Shown: positions 53,388 through 63,193 of the stretch, piece by piece
Layout of the letters: each line of letters opens with the position of its first letter
How positions within the stretch are numbered: the stretch's first letter is position 1
From: Maioricimonas rarisocia
Lineage (GTDB): Bacteria > Planctomycetota > Planctomycetia > Planctomycetales > Planctomycetaceae
Assembly (NCBI RefSeq): GCF_007747795.1
Contig: NZ_CP036275.1
Span: forward strand, 2,650,853 to 2,714,852
Direction of reading: 5' to 3'
DNA length: 64,000 nt
Notes under the pieces: model-generated
Told to the model about the DNA's origin: nothing
What the model saw: only the letters and a program-made list of their open reading frames with translations
Databases searched by the model: none
Program-made: the position numbers and the translations under genes

Positions 53388-56300
53388 ATGGATTCGGATC
53401 GCGACCATAACTGGGCACTCCGTCTGGGGGAGTTGAGAAGGACCGTCCGGCTGCTGGTGACCGTTCGCGGCCTCGCGCTGGTCCTGACGGTTCTGACGGC
53501 GGCCGCCCTGCTGGCAGGCTGGCTCGACTGGCAGTTTGACCTGACTCCTTCGTGGATCCGTTTGACGCTGCTTGTGATCGTGGCGATCGCCGGAATTGAG
53601 GCAATGCGGCGGTGGCTTCTCCGGCCGCTGCTCTCGTCGATCTCGGCGACGACACTGGCTCACGCGATCGAGCAACGGCATCCCGACTGGAACGACGAGC
53701 TTTCCACGGCTGTTGAATTCCTTGAGTCCGGAATGGATCCCCGTGACGGAGCGACCGCCCTGCAGCAGGAGGCAGCTCGACGAGGACTCGAGCGACTTGC
53801 TTCCGAACGCTGGCAGGACGCCCTCGACCTGAAGCCGGTCTGGGTGTCTCTGGCCGGCCTGGTCGCGGTGCTGTCTCTGCTCCTGGTTGTCTTCACATCC
53901 AGAACCGCGTTGGCCACCACCGCATTTCAGCGGCTGACAAATCCCTTTGCGGTCGTTCCCTGGCCGCGCGAGACCTCACTCTACGTTCTTGCCGACGACG
54001 GTCGTATTCTCGACGCCACGCCGCTGCAGATTCCGCAGGGGGATGTGTCGCTGTTCCATGTCGCTGACCGACGGGGCAAACCGCCGGAATCAACCGAGTT
54101 TCAGGTCCGCCTGTCGGACGATTCGGTTCGCACCCGCACGACCCGTCGCACCGCGATCGAAACCGCGGACGGGCAGATGCTTCAGTGTTTTGAGGCACGA
54201 CTGTGGGGAACGCCGGATGTCACTGCGATTCGGGCACGCGGCGGGGATGACGATCGCATGCCCTGGCTGCCGGTCGAAGTGGTTGCTCCCCCGCGGGTCA
54301 TTCGCTTCGACGTGACGCTCGAGCCCCCTGCTTACACCGGGTTGCCGAGCATGACAGACTCGCGCCGGGTGGGGCACATCGAAGCTCTCGTGGGAACATC
54401 GGTGACGCTGGTGGGGACAGCGAGCACGGAACTGACCGAAGTCCGGCTGTTGCGGGGGGACGCCGATCCGATCGCGTTGGCGTTGGGGCCTGATTTGCGA
54501 ACATTCCGGTATGAGTTTGTCGTCGATTCCGTCGGGAACACCACGTACCGGCTGGAACTGGTCGGCACGGGGGGCGTGAGCGCATCAAACCCGGTCTCGT
54601 ACGCGATTCGGGGGCTCGCAGACCAGCCGCCGCAGGTGCGAATCGCGTCTCCGCAGTCCGACGTGTCGGTGACACCGGTCGGGACCGTGCCGGTGGTTGT
54701 TGCTGCCAGCGACGATTTCGGTCTGGCGGCGGTTCATCTTTCGACGTCACGTGCCGGAGAGAGTGAAGAGACCGCCGGCGAAGGGGCGGACGACAACCGG
54801 ATCAGTCTGCTCAATGCGGCCGAGGACGCGCCCTCCGCGTCAAGGGAATTCACCGGCGAGGTCGTGTGGTCTCCTGCCGACTATGCCGCGGCTGCTGGAG
54901 AAGCATTTACGGTACAGGCCACCGCGACGGATCGTTCGGAGACCAACGCATCGAATCCCGGGCAGAGCCGGCTGCTGAGAATCGCCGTCGTCAGTTTCGA
55001 CAGGAAGCGGGAAGAACTGCACGCGCGGTACGAGTCGGTCAATCAGGGTCTGCAGGCGGTGATCGATCAGCAGCGCGACGCGGAGGAGACGGTCAAACAG
55101 CTGCAACGGACCTGGGAGAACGGATCCGACTGGTCCCGGGAAGAGCGGGATCGACTCAGACGTGCCGCCCGGATTCAGCAGGCCGTCGCCGAGCGACTCG
55201 GTTCCACGCCGGAAGGGCTGGCGTCCAGCATCGACCGACTGCTGGAGGAACTGGCCGAAAACGGCCTGGCGGGAAACTCGTCGCTGTCCCGACTGGACGG
55301 CGTTGCGGAAGAACTGGCCGAACTCGCGGCTGGTCCCGTCGCGAGTGCCGTGGCGCGGATGTCAGTGCTGGAGAAGGGGCTGGCCGACGAGAATCGGTCG
55401 GCCGCGTCCGAACGGGCCGTCGCAGAGGCGTTCCGTGAGACTCAGCAGGGGCAGCAGGACGCATTATCGGGGCTCGAAGCGATCGTCGACCGCCTGGCAA
55501 CGATGGGCCGCGACGAGGATCTGCGCCAACGCTTTGCGGATCTCGTTGACCAGCAGCAGCAACTCCTTGAAGAGACGGCCGAGACGGCGCGTCAGACGTT
55601 GTCCCGATCCCTGGATGACCTGACCGATGAACAGCGGTCCGCGTTGCAGGACCTGTCGCGCCGTCAGGATGAACTGACAGAGGACCTTGGAAACTGGACA
55701 GCCGAAGCCAGCGAGCGGCCCATGGACGACACCACCGCCGCGGGGGCGGCACTGGCGGATGTCGCGCGGGAGATTGCCGACGAAGGGCTCAACCAGCGAT
55801 TGCGAACCGCGGCCCGCGAACTGGCCGCCAATCGCGTCGCCCAGGCCGTCGACGGACAGCGGCAAGCAATCGAACTGCTCCGCTCGCTGGAAGGGGAGAC
55901 GGCACCGACGCCCGGACGCCAGATCGAAGAACAGCTGCAGACGATCGGCGAGCGGATTGCCGAGACAGAGTCTCTGCTGGAAGAGCAGCGCGATGTCGTC
56001 CGCGAACTGGCCGATGCCGAGCGTCGCGGAGAGATCGAGCGCATTGCCAGCCGGACGAGTGAAGCGGAAGCCGGGTTGAGTCAACGCAGCCGGGAGCTGG
56101 GGCGGGCGCTTCAGCGGGACCGGCTGCGGTCGGAGTCCCGGCAGGCGAACCGGGCGGCGGATGCCATGGAGCGTGCGGGGAACGCTGCAGAACAGGGACG
56201 GGCGAACCAGGCCCGCGAGCAGGCCGAAGCTGCTGTCGACGAACTCAAGCAGACGCGGCGTCAGCTGGGGGCGGTCGAGTCACAGTTGCGTGCGGCGGCT

Positions 56301-56969
56301 CGATGGGGAGGCCTGAAGCAGCTCGAACAGCAGCTCGGCGACCTGGCGACGCAGCAGCAGCGGCTCGAGGAGAAGACGGTTGCTGTCGACGGACAACGGC
56401 AGGCAGACGGACGCTGGAGCCGCAGCCTGTTGCGTGAACTGCGGAGCATTGGGGATGAGCAGTCCGCGGTGGCCGACGCGACCCGTCAGCTGGTTGACGA
56501 CCCGGCCGTCGAGGGAGAAATCCTGACCGCCGTGATAGAGCAGGCCGTCCAGAACATGCAGTCGGCTGCGCAGCGGCTCGAAGCCCGCAATGCAGACGTG
56601 CTGACCCGGCAGCGGCAACAGGCAGCCTGGTCGCGACTGCAGGTCGTTCGGACCGCCCTGGCCGGTCTCGGTGCCGGTCCTGCCGGCGATCCGCAGCAGC
56701 AGCCGGGATCCGAGGGCGAAGGGGGGACGCCGTCCGCCAGTCGGGTGGCGCTGGCCGCGGAACTTGCGGTCGTGCGTGAAATGCAGGTGGCGATCGCCAC
56801 CAGGACGGCTCAACTGGCCCGGATGTCAGACGCGGAACTGACGCCGGAGCAGCGGGAGCGCCGGGTGCAGCTGGCGCGGCAGCAACAGGATCTCGCGGCG
56901 ATGATGCAGCGGCTGTTCGAGCGACTGCAACAAAGCGCCGGGGGCGATGTCGGAGGAGACGAACAATGA
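53388..56969 (+). CDS. Large membrane-anchored coiled-coil protein (N-terminal TM pair + ~1000 aa of Q/R/E/A-rich helical repeats)
   Basis: 1193 aa. N-terminal TM segments LVLTVLTAAALLAGWL and LTLLVIVAIAGI, then LAHAIEQRHPDWNDELSTAVEFL (reminiscent of DUF4175-type N-termini, not certain), then a very long coiled coil. Minus-strand ORFs within are shadows. Confidence 0.7.
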   Translation: MDSDRDHNWALRLGELRRTVRLLVTVRGLALVLTVLTAAALLAGWLDWQFDLTPSWIRLTLLVIVAIAGIEAMRRWLLRPLLSSISATTLAHAIEQRHPDWNDELSTAVEFLESGMDPRDGATALQQEAARRGLERLASERWQDALDLKPVWVSLAGLVAVLSLLLVVFTSRTALATTAFQRLTNPFAVVPWPRETSLYVLADDGRILDATPLQIPQGDVSLFHVADRRGKPPESTEFQVRLSDDSVRTRTTRRTAIETADGQMLQCFEARLWGTPDVTAIRARGGDDDRMPWLPVEVVAPPRVIRFDVTLEPPAYTGLPSMTDSRRVGHIEALVGTSVTLVGTASTELTEVRLLRGDADPIALALGPDLRTFRYEFVVDSVGNTTYRLELVGTGGVSASNPVSYAIRGLADQPPQVRIASPQSDVSVTPVGTVPVVVAASDDFGLAAVHLSTSRAGESEETAGEGADDNRISLLNAAEDAPSASREFTGEVVWSPADYAAAAGEAFTVQATATDRSETNASNPGQSRLLRIAVVSFDRKREELHARYESVNQGLQAVIDQQRDAEETVKQLQRTWENGSDWSREERDRLRRAARIQQAVAERLGSTPEGLASSIDRLLEELAENGLAGNSSLSRLDGVAEELAELAAGPVASAVARMSVLEKGLADENRSAASERAVAEAFRETQQGQQDALSGLEAIVDRLATMGRDEDLRQRFADLVDQQQQLLEETAETARQTLSRSLDDLTDEQRSALQDLSRRQDELTEDLGNWTAEASERPMDDTTAAGAALADVAREIADEGLNQRLRTAARELAANRVAQAVDGQRQAIELLRSLEGETAPTPGRQIEEQLQTIGERIAETESLLEEQRDVVRELADAERRGEIERIASRTSEAEAGLSQRSRELGRALQRDRLRSESRQANRAADAMERAGNAAEQGRANQAREQAEAAVDELKQTRRQLGAVESQLRAAARWGGLKQLEQQLGDLATQQQRLEEKTVAVDGQRQADGRWSRSLLRELRSIGDEQSAVADATRQLVDDPAVEGEILTAVIEQAVQNMQSAAQRLEARNADVLTRQRQQAAWSRLQVVRTALAGLGAGPAGDPQQQPGSEGEGGTPSASRVALAAELAVVREMQVAIATRTAQLARMSDAELTPEQRERRVQLARQQQDLAAMMQRLFERLQQSAGGDVGGDEQ

Positions 56970-57640
56970 TCCGCTTCGATGAATTCGTCGGGCGCGATGC
57001 GAAACCGGTTGTTGCTCTTGCCGCTGCCGTCGCTCTGGCTGTGTGTGCGACACCGGCGACCGCCGACGATCCGGCCGCTGGAGCGCGGGAAACGGCCGAT
57101 GAGACGTCACCGGCTCCCGCGGCGGCAACGGTCCCGCTCGAGCAGTTGCCCGATCGCGTGCTGAATGGAATGCAGACGGCCGGCGAGCGGATGAGCGGCG
57201 GACGTTTCGATCCGGAAACGGTGGCACTACAACGTCAGTTGATTGCCGATCTGGACGTGCTGATGGCCGCCCTGGAAGATCCGGCTTCACCATCGGCTCC
57301 CCCGTCACCTTCGCCGTCGCCTCAGACGCCCCAGCCGCAGCCGGACGGGCAGCCGCAGGAAAGCGAGTCTGCGACCGGCCCCGGAGCCCCTGCGGGTGAC
57401 CCGGGAGAGCGGACAAATCAGCCGGCCACCGGATCTGATGAACGGACCGGACCGGGAAATGTGAGCGATACGGAAATTCGCCGACGCCGCGAACTGGCCG
57501 ATGCCGTCTGGGGGCATCTGCCCCCCCGCATGCAGGAGGAGATGCGTCGGTCGTTCAGCGAGCGCTATCTCCCCGAGTACGAGGCGATGATTCGCTCGTA
57601 TTACGAGACGCTCGCCGAGCAGTCCCGGGCCGATCCGTAA
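56966..57640 (+). CDS. Hypothetical secreted Pro-rich protein, translationally coupled to the upstream gene (ATGA overlap)
   Basis: Start codon overlaps the stop of 53388..56969. Signal AVALAVCATPATADD. SPSAPPSPSPSPQTPQPQPDGQPQ linker. C-terminal MQEEMRRSFSERYLPEYEAMIRSYYETL. Confidence 0.6.
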   Translation: MIRFDEFVGRDAKPVVALAAAVALAVCATPATADDPAAGARETADETSPAPAAATVPLEQLPDRVLNGMQTAGERMSGGRFDPETVALQRQLIADLDVLMAALEDPASPSAPPSPSPSPQTPQPQPDGQPQESESATGPGAPAGDPGERTNQPATGSDERTGPGNVSDTEIRRRRELADAVWGHLPPRMQEEMRRSFSERYLPEYEAMIRSYYETLAEQSRADP

Positions 57641-57862
57641 GCGGTTGTGTTCCGGCCGGTATGCGGCGGTCCCCTGCATTGGGTTTGGCGGTGGTGTGCT
57701 ATAGGGGATTCCCTGTTACGGCAGGTGCACCGAGGGGGTACTCTGTAAGTGAAAGTTGCGGGTCTTGCCGATCTGGTTCGGTCCCCTTAAATCGAGTTCC
57801 GCTCGACAGACAGTTCATGCACGTACGACCGAAGCCATCAGACGCGACTGACCTGCGTCGAC

Positions 57863-60800
57863 GTGTCCGCCGCGGTCCTGTCAGAGATCCGGGAAGCGAT
57901 TTGGCAGGGTGCACCGTCTCTGGCCCTGACGCTCGATATGACATCACAACTTGAATCGATCGCCGATGCCGATCGGCTGGCGGCACTTTGCTCTCTTCAA
58001 ATGCTGGACAGCCCGGCGGAGGAGTCATTCGACCGCCTGACGCGGCTTGCCGCCCGACTGCTGCGGTCCCCGGTCTCCGTCGTGACGCTCATCGACGCAG
58101 ATCGTCAGTTCTTCAAGAGTTGCGTCGGGCTGCCCGAGCCATGGGCCTCGGAACGCGGGTCGTCGCTCGACCTCTCCTTCTGCCGGATTACCGTCGAAAC
58201 CGCAGCGCCCCTGATCGTGGAAGATGCGCGGACTGATTCGCGGACATGCGGGCATCCGGCGATCGAGAAGATGGGGGTCATTGCCTACGCCGGCTTTCCG
58301 GTCCGCGGTCCTTCGGGGCATGTTCTCGGTACGCTCTGCGTTGTGGATGTTGAGCCGCGAAACTGGACCGAAGACGACATTGAGGTGCTGCGGGAACTGG
58401 CAGTGTCCGTCGAGTCGGAAATTGCTTTGTCGGCAGCAGCCGCTGCCGACCGCGAGCGGTCCCAGATGCTCGATGCGTTGATCCGCGCGACGCCCCTGGC
58501 GGTCGCAGTTATCGAACGGGATGCGACCGTGCGGTTGTGGAACCCTGCGGCGGAATCGTTGTTCGGCTGGTCTGCTGACGACGTGCTGGGGCAACCACTG
58601 CCGATCGTGCCACCGGACAAGGTGGAGGAGTGCAGGCGAGTCCGCGACGAGATCGCAACGTGGGAGACTCCGCAGTCGGTGACCACGTTTCGGGTCGCCC
58701 GCGACGGTTCCCGGATACCGGTCAAGATCTCGGTGGCCTCGTTGGAAGTGTATGACCGGCACGAAGAGTGTCTGCTGCTGATCTTCGACGACATCCGTGA
58801 GCAGGTTCGCTCCCGGGAAGAACGGGAGCAGCTGCTGCACGAACTTCAAAAAGAGCGGGCGTTGCTGCAGGCCATTGTCGATCAGATGCCAGCCGGAACG
58901 GTCGTAGCGGAGGTTCCGGGCGGGCGTGTCTCCGTGACGAACCAGGTTGCAACCGCACTGATCGGAGAGGATCTGCCGGATGTCATCGAACCTCGTCCCC
59001 TCAAAAAGTATCGCGGGTATCACCAGGATGGTCGTCCTTACGAGGTGAACGAATGGCCGCTGGTGCGATCGATCGAGAAAGGCGAGGTGATCCACAACGA
59101 GGAAATCCTGTTCGAGACGCCCTCGGGCGAGCTGCGGACGTTGCTGGTCAGCGCGACACCCGTCAGTTGTCCCGGCGAACCGGTCAGTGCTGCCGTCACG
59201 GTCTTCACCGACGTGACACCGCTCAAGGAGTCCGAGGCCGCATTGAGGCGGAGCGAAGAGACCTCGCGGCGCATCATCGAGAGCAGCCAGGACTGCATCA
59301 AGACGCTCGATCTGGACGGACGGCTGCTGTCGATGAGCGTCGGCGGCCAGAAACGTCTCAACATCCTGAACATCGACGAGCTTGTCGGCTCGCAATGGGC
59401 CACTTTCTGGCAGGGAGAGGACCGCAGGCGGGCCGAAGAGGCCATCCGGGAAGCGCGGGCCGGACGTGCCGGGCGGTTTCGAGGAATGTGTCCCGTCCAG
59501 GGCACGAACGAACCGGCCTGGTGGGACGTCATTATCACGCCGATTCTGGGGGAGAATGGCCGGCCTGAGCAGCTGCTTTCCATTTCCCGCGATGTCACCG
59601 AGAGCGTTAACGCAGAACTCGAGCGGGAAGCCCTGATCGCACGGGAAGTCGAAGCGCGGCACGCGGCCGAGATCGCCGAAGAGCGTTACCGGGACCTGGT
59701 GGACGGACTCGATGCCATCGTGTGGGAAGCGGATGCCCGGACGTGGACGTTCAACTTCGTCAGCCAGCGTGCGGAACGGATTCTCGGGTATCCGATCGAG
59801 CGCTGGCTCAACGACCCGACCTTCTGGCCGAGCATCATTCATCCCGACGACCGGGATCTGACGGTACGGTTCTGTCGTGATGCATGCGACCGGGGCGAAG
59901 ATCATGACTTCGAGTATCGCGCCGTGACGGCCGATGGGCGAACCGTGTGGCTACGCGACCTGGTCTATATCGGTGAGGATGACGAGGGCCAGCCAACCCG
60001 TCTGCGTGGCGTGATGATCGACACGACGGCGAAGAAGGAACTGGAGGCGAAACTGCGCGAGCGGGCCGATCAGCTGACCGAGCTCGACCAGCGCAAGAAT
60101 CAGTTCCTGGCGATTCTGGCTCACGAGCTGAGAAACCCGCTGGCACCGATCGGAAATGCCGTCGACCTGCTCGAGTTCTGCAGCGACGATCCGGAACAGA
60201 TCGGAGAAATCCGCCTGATCCTGCAGGATCAGGTTCGGCAACTGGTCCGCCTGATCGACGACCTGATGGACATCTCGCGGATCACGCGCGGGAAAGTGGT
60301 GCTGCAGTTCGAGCAGGTTCGCATCGGAGATGTGCTCGAGACAGCGGTCGATTCGGTGCAGCCGGTGCAGGAAGAACTTGGACACGAGCTCGTTGTCGAT
60401 GACGACGACGCCGCCGAACTCGTGGTGCGGGGTGACTACGTCCGGCTGGCGCAGGTCGTCACGAATCTGCTCAATAACGCCTGCAAGTACACTCCGCGCG
60501 GCGGCCGGATTGAAGTCTCGGCCCGCGGCAGTGACGGATTCGTCGAGCTGTCCATCAGGGACAACGGGATCGGCATTCCTGATGAGGAGGCGGCCGGCAT
60601 CTTCGAAATGTTCACTCAGGTCGACCGGTCGGTGAGCAAGAGCCGCGGTGGACTGGGAATCGGCCTGACACTTGTGAAGCAACTCGTCGAGATGCACGGC
60701 GGCACGGTGCGGCTGGCCTATAGCAAACCGTCGGAAGGGAGCGAATTCGTCGTCCGACTCCCTCTGCTGGATTCACAGAAGATCGAAGCACCGGAGCCGG

Positions 60801-61189
60801 ATGTCCCTTACAAGGCCGACCGGTCGTTCCGCGTACTCGTCGTCGACGACGTGCCCGCGATCGCAAAGATCTTCGAGAAGCTCGTCCGCGCCATGGGGCA
60901 TGAGGTGACCGCCACTTTCGACCCGGAGACCTGCCTGCAGAAGGCCGCGGAGATTCGACCCGACATCATCTTCTCCGACATCTGTATGCCGACAATGGAC
61001 GGCTACGAGCTGGCCCGCCGAATCAGGACGACGCCGGGGCTCGAAGCAACGAAGTTGGTCGCCATGACCGGCAACGGTCAGCCGCAGGATGTGCGGGCGG
61101 CCTATGAAGCCGGCTTCGATCGGCATGTTGTCAAACCGGCCAGCATGCACATCCTGCAGGAGATGTTCCAGGAGTTCGCGCTGGATTGA
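57863..61189 (+). CDS. Hybrid sensor histidine kinase/response regulator with N-terminal GAF and multiple PAS domains
   Basis: GTG at 57863 (alternative ATG ~57937). GAF-like LTRLAARLLRSPVSVVTLIDADRQFF...GFPVRGPSGHVLGTLCVVD. Several PAS blocks. HisKA LAILAHELRNPLAPI. HATPase NLLNNACKYTPRGGRIEVS...DNGIGIP...GGLGIGLTLVKQLVEMHGG. Receiver VLVVDDVPAIAKIF...DIIFSDICMPTMDGYELAR...LVAMTG. Confidence 0.9.
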   Translation: MSAAVLSEIREAIWQGAPSLALTLDMTSQLESIADADRLAALCSLQMLDSPAEESFDRLTRLAARLLRSPVSVVTLIDADRQFFKSCVGLPEPWASERGSSLDLSFCRITVETAAPLIVEDARTDSRTCGHPAIEKMGVIAYAGFPVRGPSGHVLGTLCVVDVEPRNWTEDDIEVLRELAVSVESEIALSAAAAADRERSQMLDALIRATPLAVAVIERDATVRLWNPAAESLFGWSADDVLGQPLPIVPPDKVEECRRVRDEIATWETPQSVTTFRVARDGSRIPVKISVASLEVYDRHEECLLLIFDDIREQVRSREEREQLLHELQKERALLQAIVDQMPAGTVVAEVPGGRVSVTNQVATALIGEDLPDVIEPRPLKKYRGYHQDGRPYEVNEWPLVRSIEKGEVIHNEEILFETPSGELRTLLVSATPVSCPGEPVSAAVTVFTDVTPLKESEAALRRSEETSRRIIESSQDCIKTLDLDGRLLSMSVGGQKRLNILNIDELVGSQWATFWQGEDRRRAEEAIREARAGRAGRFRGMCPVQGTNEPAWWDVIITPILGENGRPEQLLSISRDVTESVNAELEREALIAREVEARHAAEIAEERYRDLVDGLDAIVWEADARTWTFNFVSQRAERILGYPIERWLNDPTFWPSIIHPDDRDLTVRFCRDACDRGEDHDFEYRAVTADGRTVWLRDLVYIGEDDEGQPTRLRGVMIDTTAKKELEAKLRERADQLTELDQRKNQFLAILAHELRNPLAPIGNAVDLLEFCSDDPEQIGEIRLILQDQVRQLVRLIDDLMDISRITRGKVVLQFEQVRIGDVLETAVDSVQPVQEELGHELVVDDDDAAELVVRGDYVRLAQVVTNLLNNACKYTPRGGRIEVSARGSDGFVELSIRDNGIGIPDEEAAGIFEMFTQVDRSVSKSRGGLGIGLTLVKQLVEMHGGTVRLAYSKPSEGSEFVVRLPLLDSQKIEAPEPDVPYKADRSFRVLVVDDVPAIAKIFEKLVRAMGHEVTATFDPETCLQKAAEIRPDIIFSDICMPTMDGYELARRIRTTPGLEATKLVAMTGNGQPQDVRAAYEAGFDRHVVKPASMHILQEMFQEFALD

Positions 61190-61271
61190 TCCGACAGACT
61201 GCTACAGTGCCGGTGCCGCGATGCATTCGCTGGTGCCTCGTTCCAGGAGGCACGCGGAACGTCAGCAGACG

Positions 61272-63101
61272 CTACTTCACCGGCGTCAGGTGCACTTCCT
61301 TGATCTCGGCGACCTCGTCCCCCGGCTTCTCGACCGCGCGAATCCGCAACTGCGTTTGCCCGGCCGGAAGCTTGATCGTTCCCAGCGTCAACGGCTTCCA
61401 GACGCGGAAGGGGGCCTCTTTGGTGCCGAAGCGATTGTAGACCGGCAGGAACGGACCCGCGTGAGGCTCGGTGATGGTGCCGGTTACCGAATGATCACCC
61501 GCTTCGACGCGAAGCTTCGTCCCGACGGCATCGGGAGTTGCTGCATACTGCAGCGTCACCTCGTAGCGGCCGGCCTGATGCACGTCGATTCTCCAGTACG
61601 GCCAGGCCTGGATGTCGGTCCAGTTGTCGATCCAGTCGTTCGCGTATCCGTGCTCGCCGTAATAGCTGATCCCCTCCCCTTCGGCCGGGTGGAACAACGC
61701 TTCGTGACCCGGGATCTCGACTCGCCGTCCGTGGCCAACGGGGATTGGCAGCGGCGTAAGCTGTTCCGGCTGGATCGCTGCGACTGCACCTTCAAACTCG
61801 GACCGCAGACTGGCGACGATGTCCGGATGGTCTGAGGCGATGTTCTGCTTCTGTCCGGGATCAGCCTGCATGTCGTAAAGCTGCCAACCCTGCTTCGCAT
61901 TCTCGAGGACAGCCCGGTAGCGCTGGTCACGTGCTGCACCACGCAGGAACTCTGGCTGCCCTCCCCGGGTTCGGAACGTCAGCAGAATTCGGTCGGGCCA
62001 GTCGACGCCCGGCGCGTCCATCAACAACGGTGCGAGGCTGCGACCGTCGAGGGGATGGGTTTCCGGCATCGGAACGCCGCACAGATCGACGAGTGTCGGG
62101 AGCAGGTCGATGTGCATGGTGATCGGTTCGACGACGGTGCCGGCTTCGATATGGCCTGGCCAGCGGACGAACAGCGGAACGCGAACGCCCCCTTCGTGCA
62201 CGCTTCCCTTCCGTCCCCGCATGCCGCCGTTGTAGCGGTTCGAGTTCGGTCCGTTATCCGTAAGGAACAGGACGACTGTCTGCTCCGACAGGGCGAGATC
62301 GTCGAGCTTCTTCAGGATGCGACCGATGTTGTCGTCGATCGATTCGCACATCGCGTAGGCGCACCGGGCGGCCGGATCGAGTTCCGGGTCGTCGTACTTC
62401 TCCCAGTAGCTGTCGGGGACCTGCCACGGGGTATGCGGAGCGTTGTACGGCAGGTAAGTGAAGAATGGCTTCGACTGGTTCTCGTCGATGAATGACAGGG
62501 CGTGGTCGGTAATGACGTCGGTGATGTAGCCGTCGGACTCGAACCAATCGCCGTTGTGTTCCAGACGGGCGTCGAAGTAGTTGTTCCAGTGACCCGCACA
62601 GAAGCCGACGAACTCGTCGAATCCCTGTCCGTTCGGATGCATCGGGTAGTGGCGACCGTTGTGCCATTTGCCGAAGCAACCGGTCGCGTACCCGGCCGAC
62701 TGGAAGATCTCTGCAAGGGTGACTTCGTTCGGCCGCATGTTCTCGGCACCACCGGTCACGCCGTGCACGCCGGTTCGCAGGCTGTAACGGCCGGTCATCA
62801 AGCTGGCCCGCGTCGGTGCACAGACTGGCGAGACGTAGAACCGTTCGAAGCGTGCCCCTTCGCTCGCGATGCGGTCCATGTTCGGCGTGCTGATCCACCT
62901 GTTGCCGTGCGAGGCGATGTCCCCCCACCCCTGGTCATCCGTCATGATGAGGACGACATTCGGATGGCTGCTCGCCTCGTCGGCCCGGATGACGCCAACC
63001 AGCGACAACGTGACCAGCAGTGCCGCGATGGTTCGGCCAACTCCCTGGAGTAGCGTGCGGCCGTGCTGCTGCACTGACGAGAAGAGTGTGCCAAGGGACA
63101 T
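61272..63101 (-). CDS. Sulfatase (arylsulfatase family) with C-terminal extra domain
   Basis: Signal LLVTLSLVGVIRA. NVVLIMTDDQGWGD, SPVCAPTRASLMTGRY (FGly motif C-x-P-x-R), GKWHNG. ~150-aa C-terminal beta-rich extension. Confidence 0.9.
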   Translation of the reverse strand: MSLGTLFSSVQQHGRTLLQGVGRTIAALLVTLSLVGVIRADEASSHPNVVLIMTDDQGWGDIASHGNRWISTPNMDRIASEGARFERFYVSPVCAPTRASLMTGRYSLRTGVHGVTGGAENMRPNEVTLAEIFQSAGYATGCFGKWHNGRHYPMHPNGQGFDEFVGFCAGHWNNYFDARLEHNGDWFESDGYITDVITDHALSFIDENQSKPFFTYLPYNAPHTPWQVPDSYWEKYDDPELDPAARCAYAMCESIDDNIGRILKKLDDLALSEQTVVLFLTDNGPNSNRYNGGMRGRKGSVHEGGVRVPLFVRWPGHIEAGTVVEPITMHIDLLPTLVDLCGVPMPETHPLDGRSLAPLLMDAPGVDWPDRILLTFRTRGGQPEFLRGAARDQRYRAVLENAKQGWQLYDMQADPGQKQNIASDHPDIVASLRSEFEGAVAAIQPEQLTPLPIPVGHGRRVEIPGHEALFHPAEGEGISYYGEHGYANDWIDNWTDIQAWPYWRIDVHQAGRYEVTLQYAATPDAVGTKLRVEAGDHSVTGTITEPHAGPFLPVYNRFGTKEAPFRVWKPLTLGTIKLPAGQTQLRIRAVEKPGDEVAEIKEVHLTPVK

Positions 63102-63193
63102 AATGCGACCGTGTCGAAGGTTCGGGGACGCGGGGCGACGGCAGGGAGCGACTCAGTCCCCTCCCTACCGGTTGCAGGTTGGCGGGGCGTGCA

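Noticed and set aside
55156-56813. Minus-strand ORFs 55156..55752, 55464..56084, 56280..56813 and plus-strand alternates inside 53388..56969
   Set aside because: Alternative-frame ORFs within the giant coiled-coil gene, with low-complexity Arg/Pro-rich composition.
58025-59905. Minus-strand ORF 58025..59905 (626 aa)
   Set aside because: Antisense of the hybrid histidine kinase, which has unambiguous HisKA/HATPase/REC motifs.
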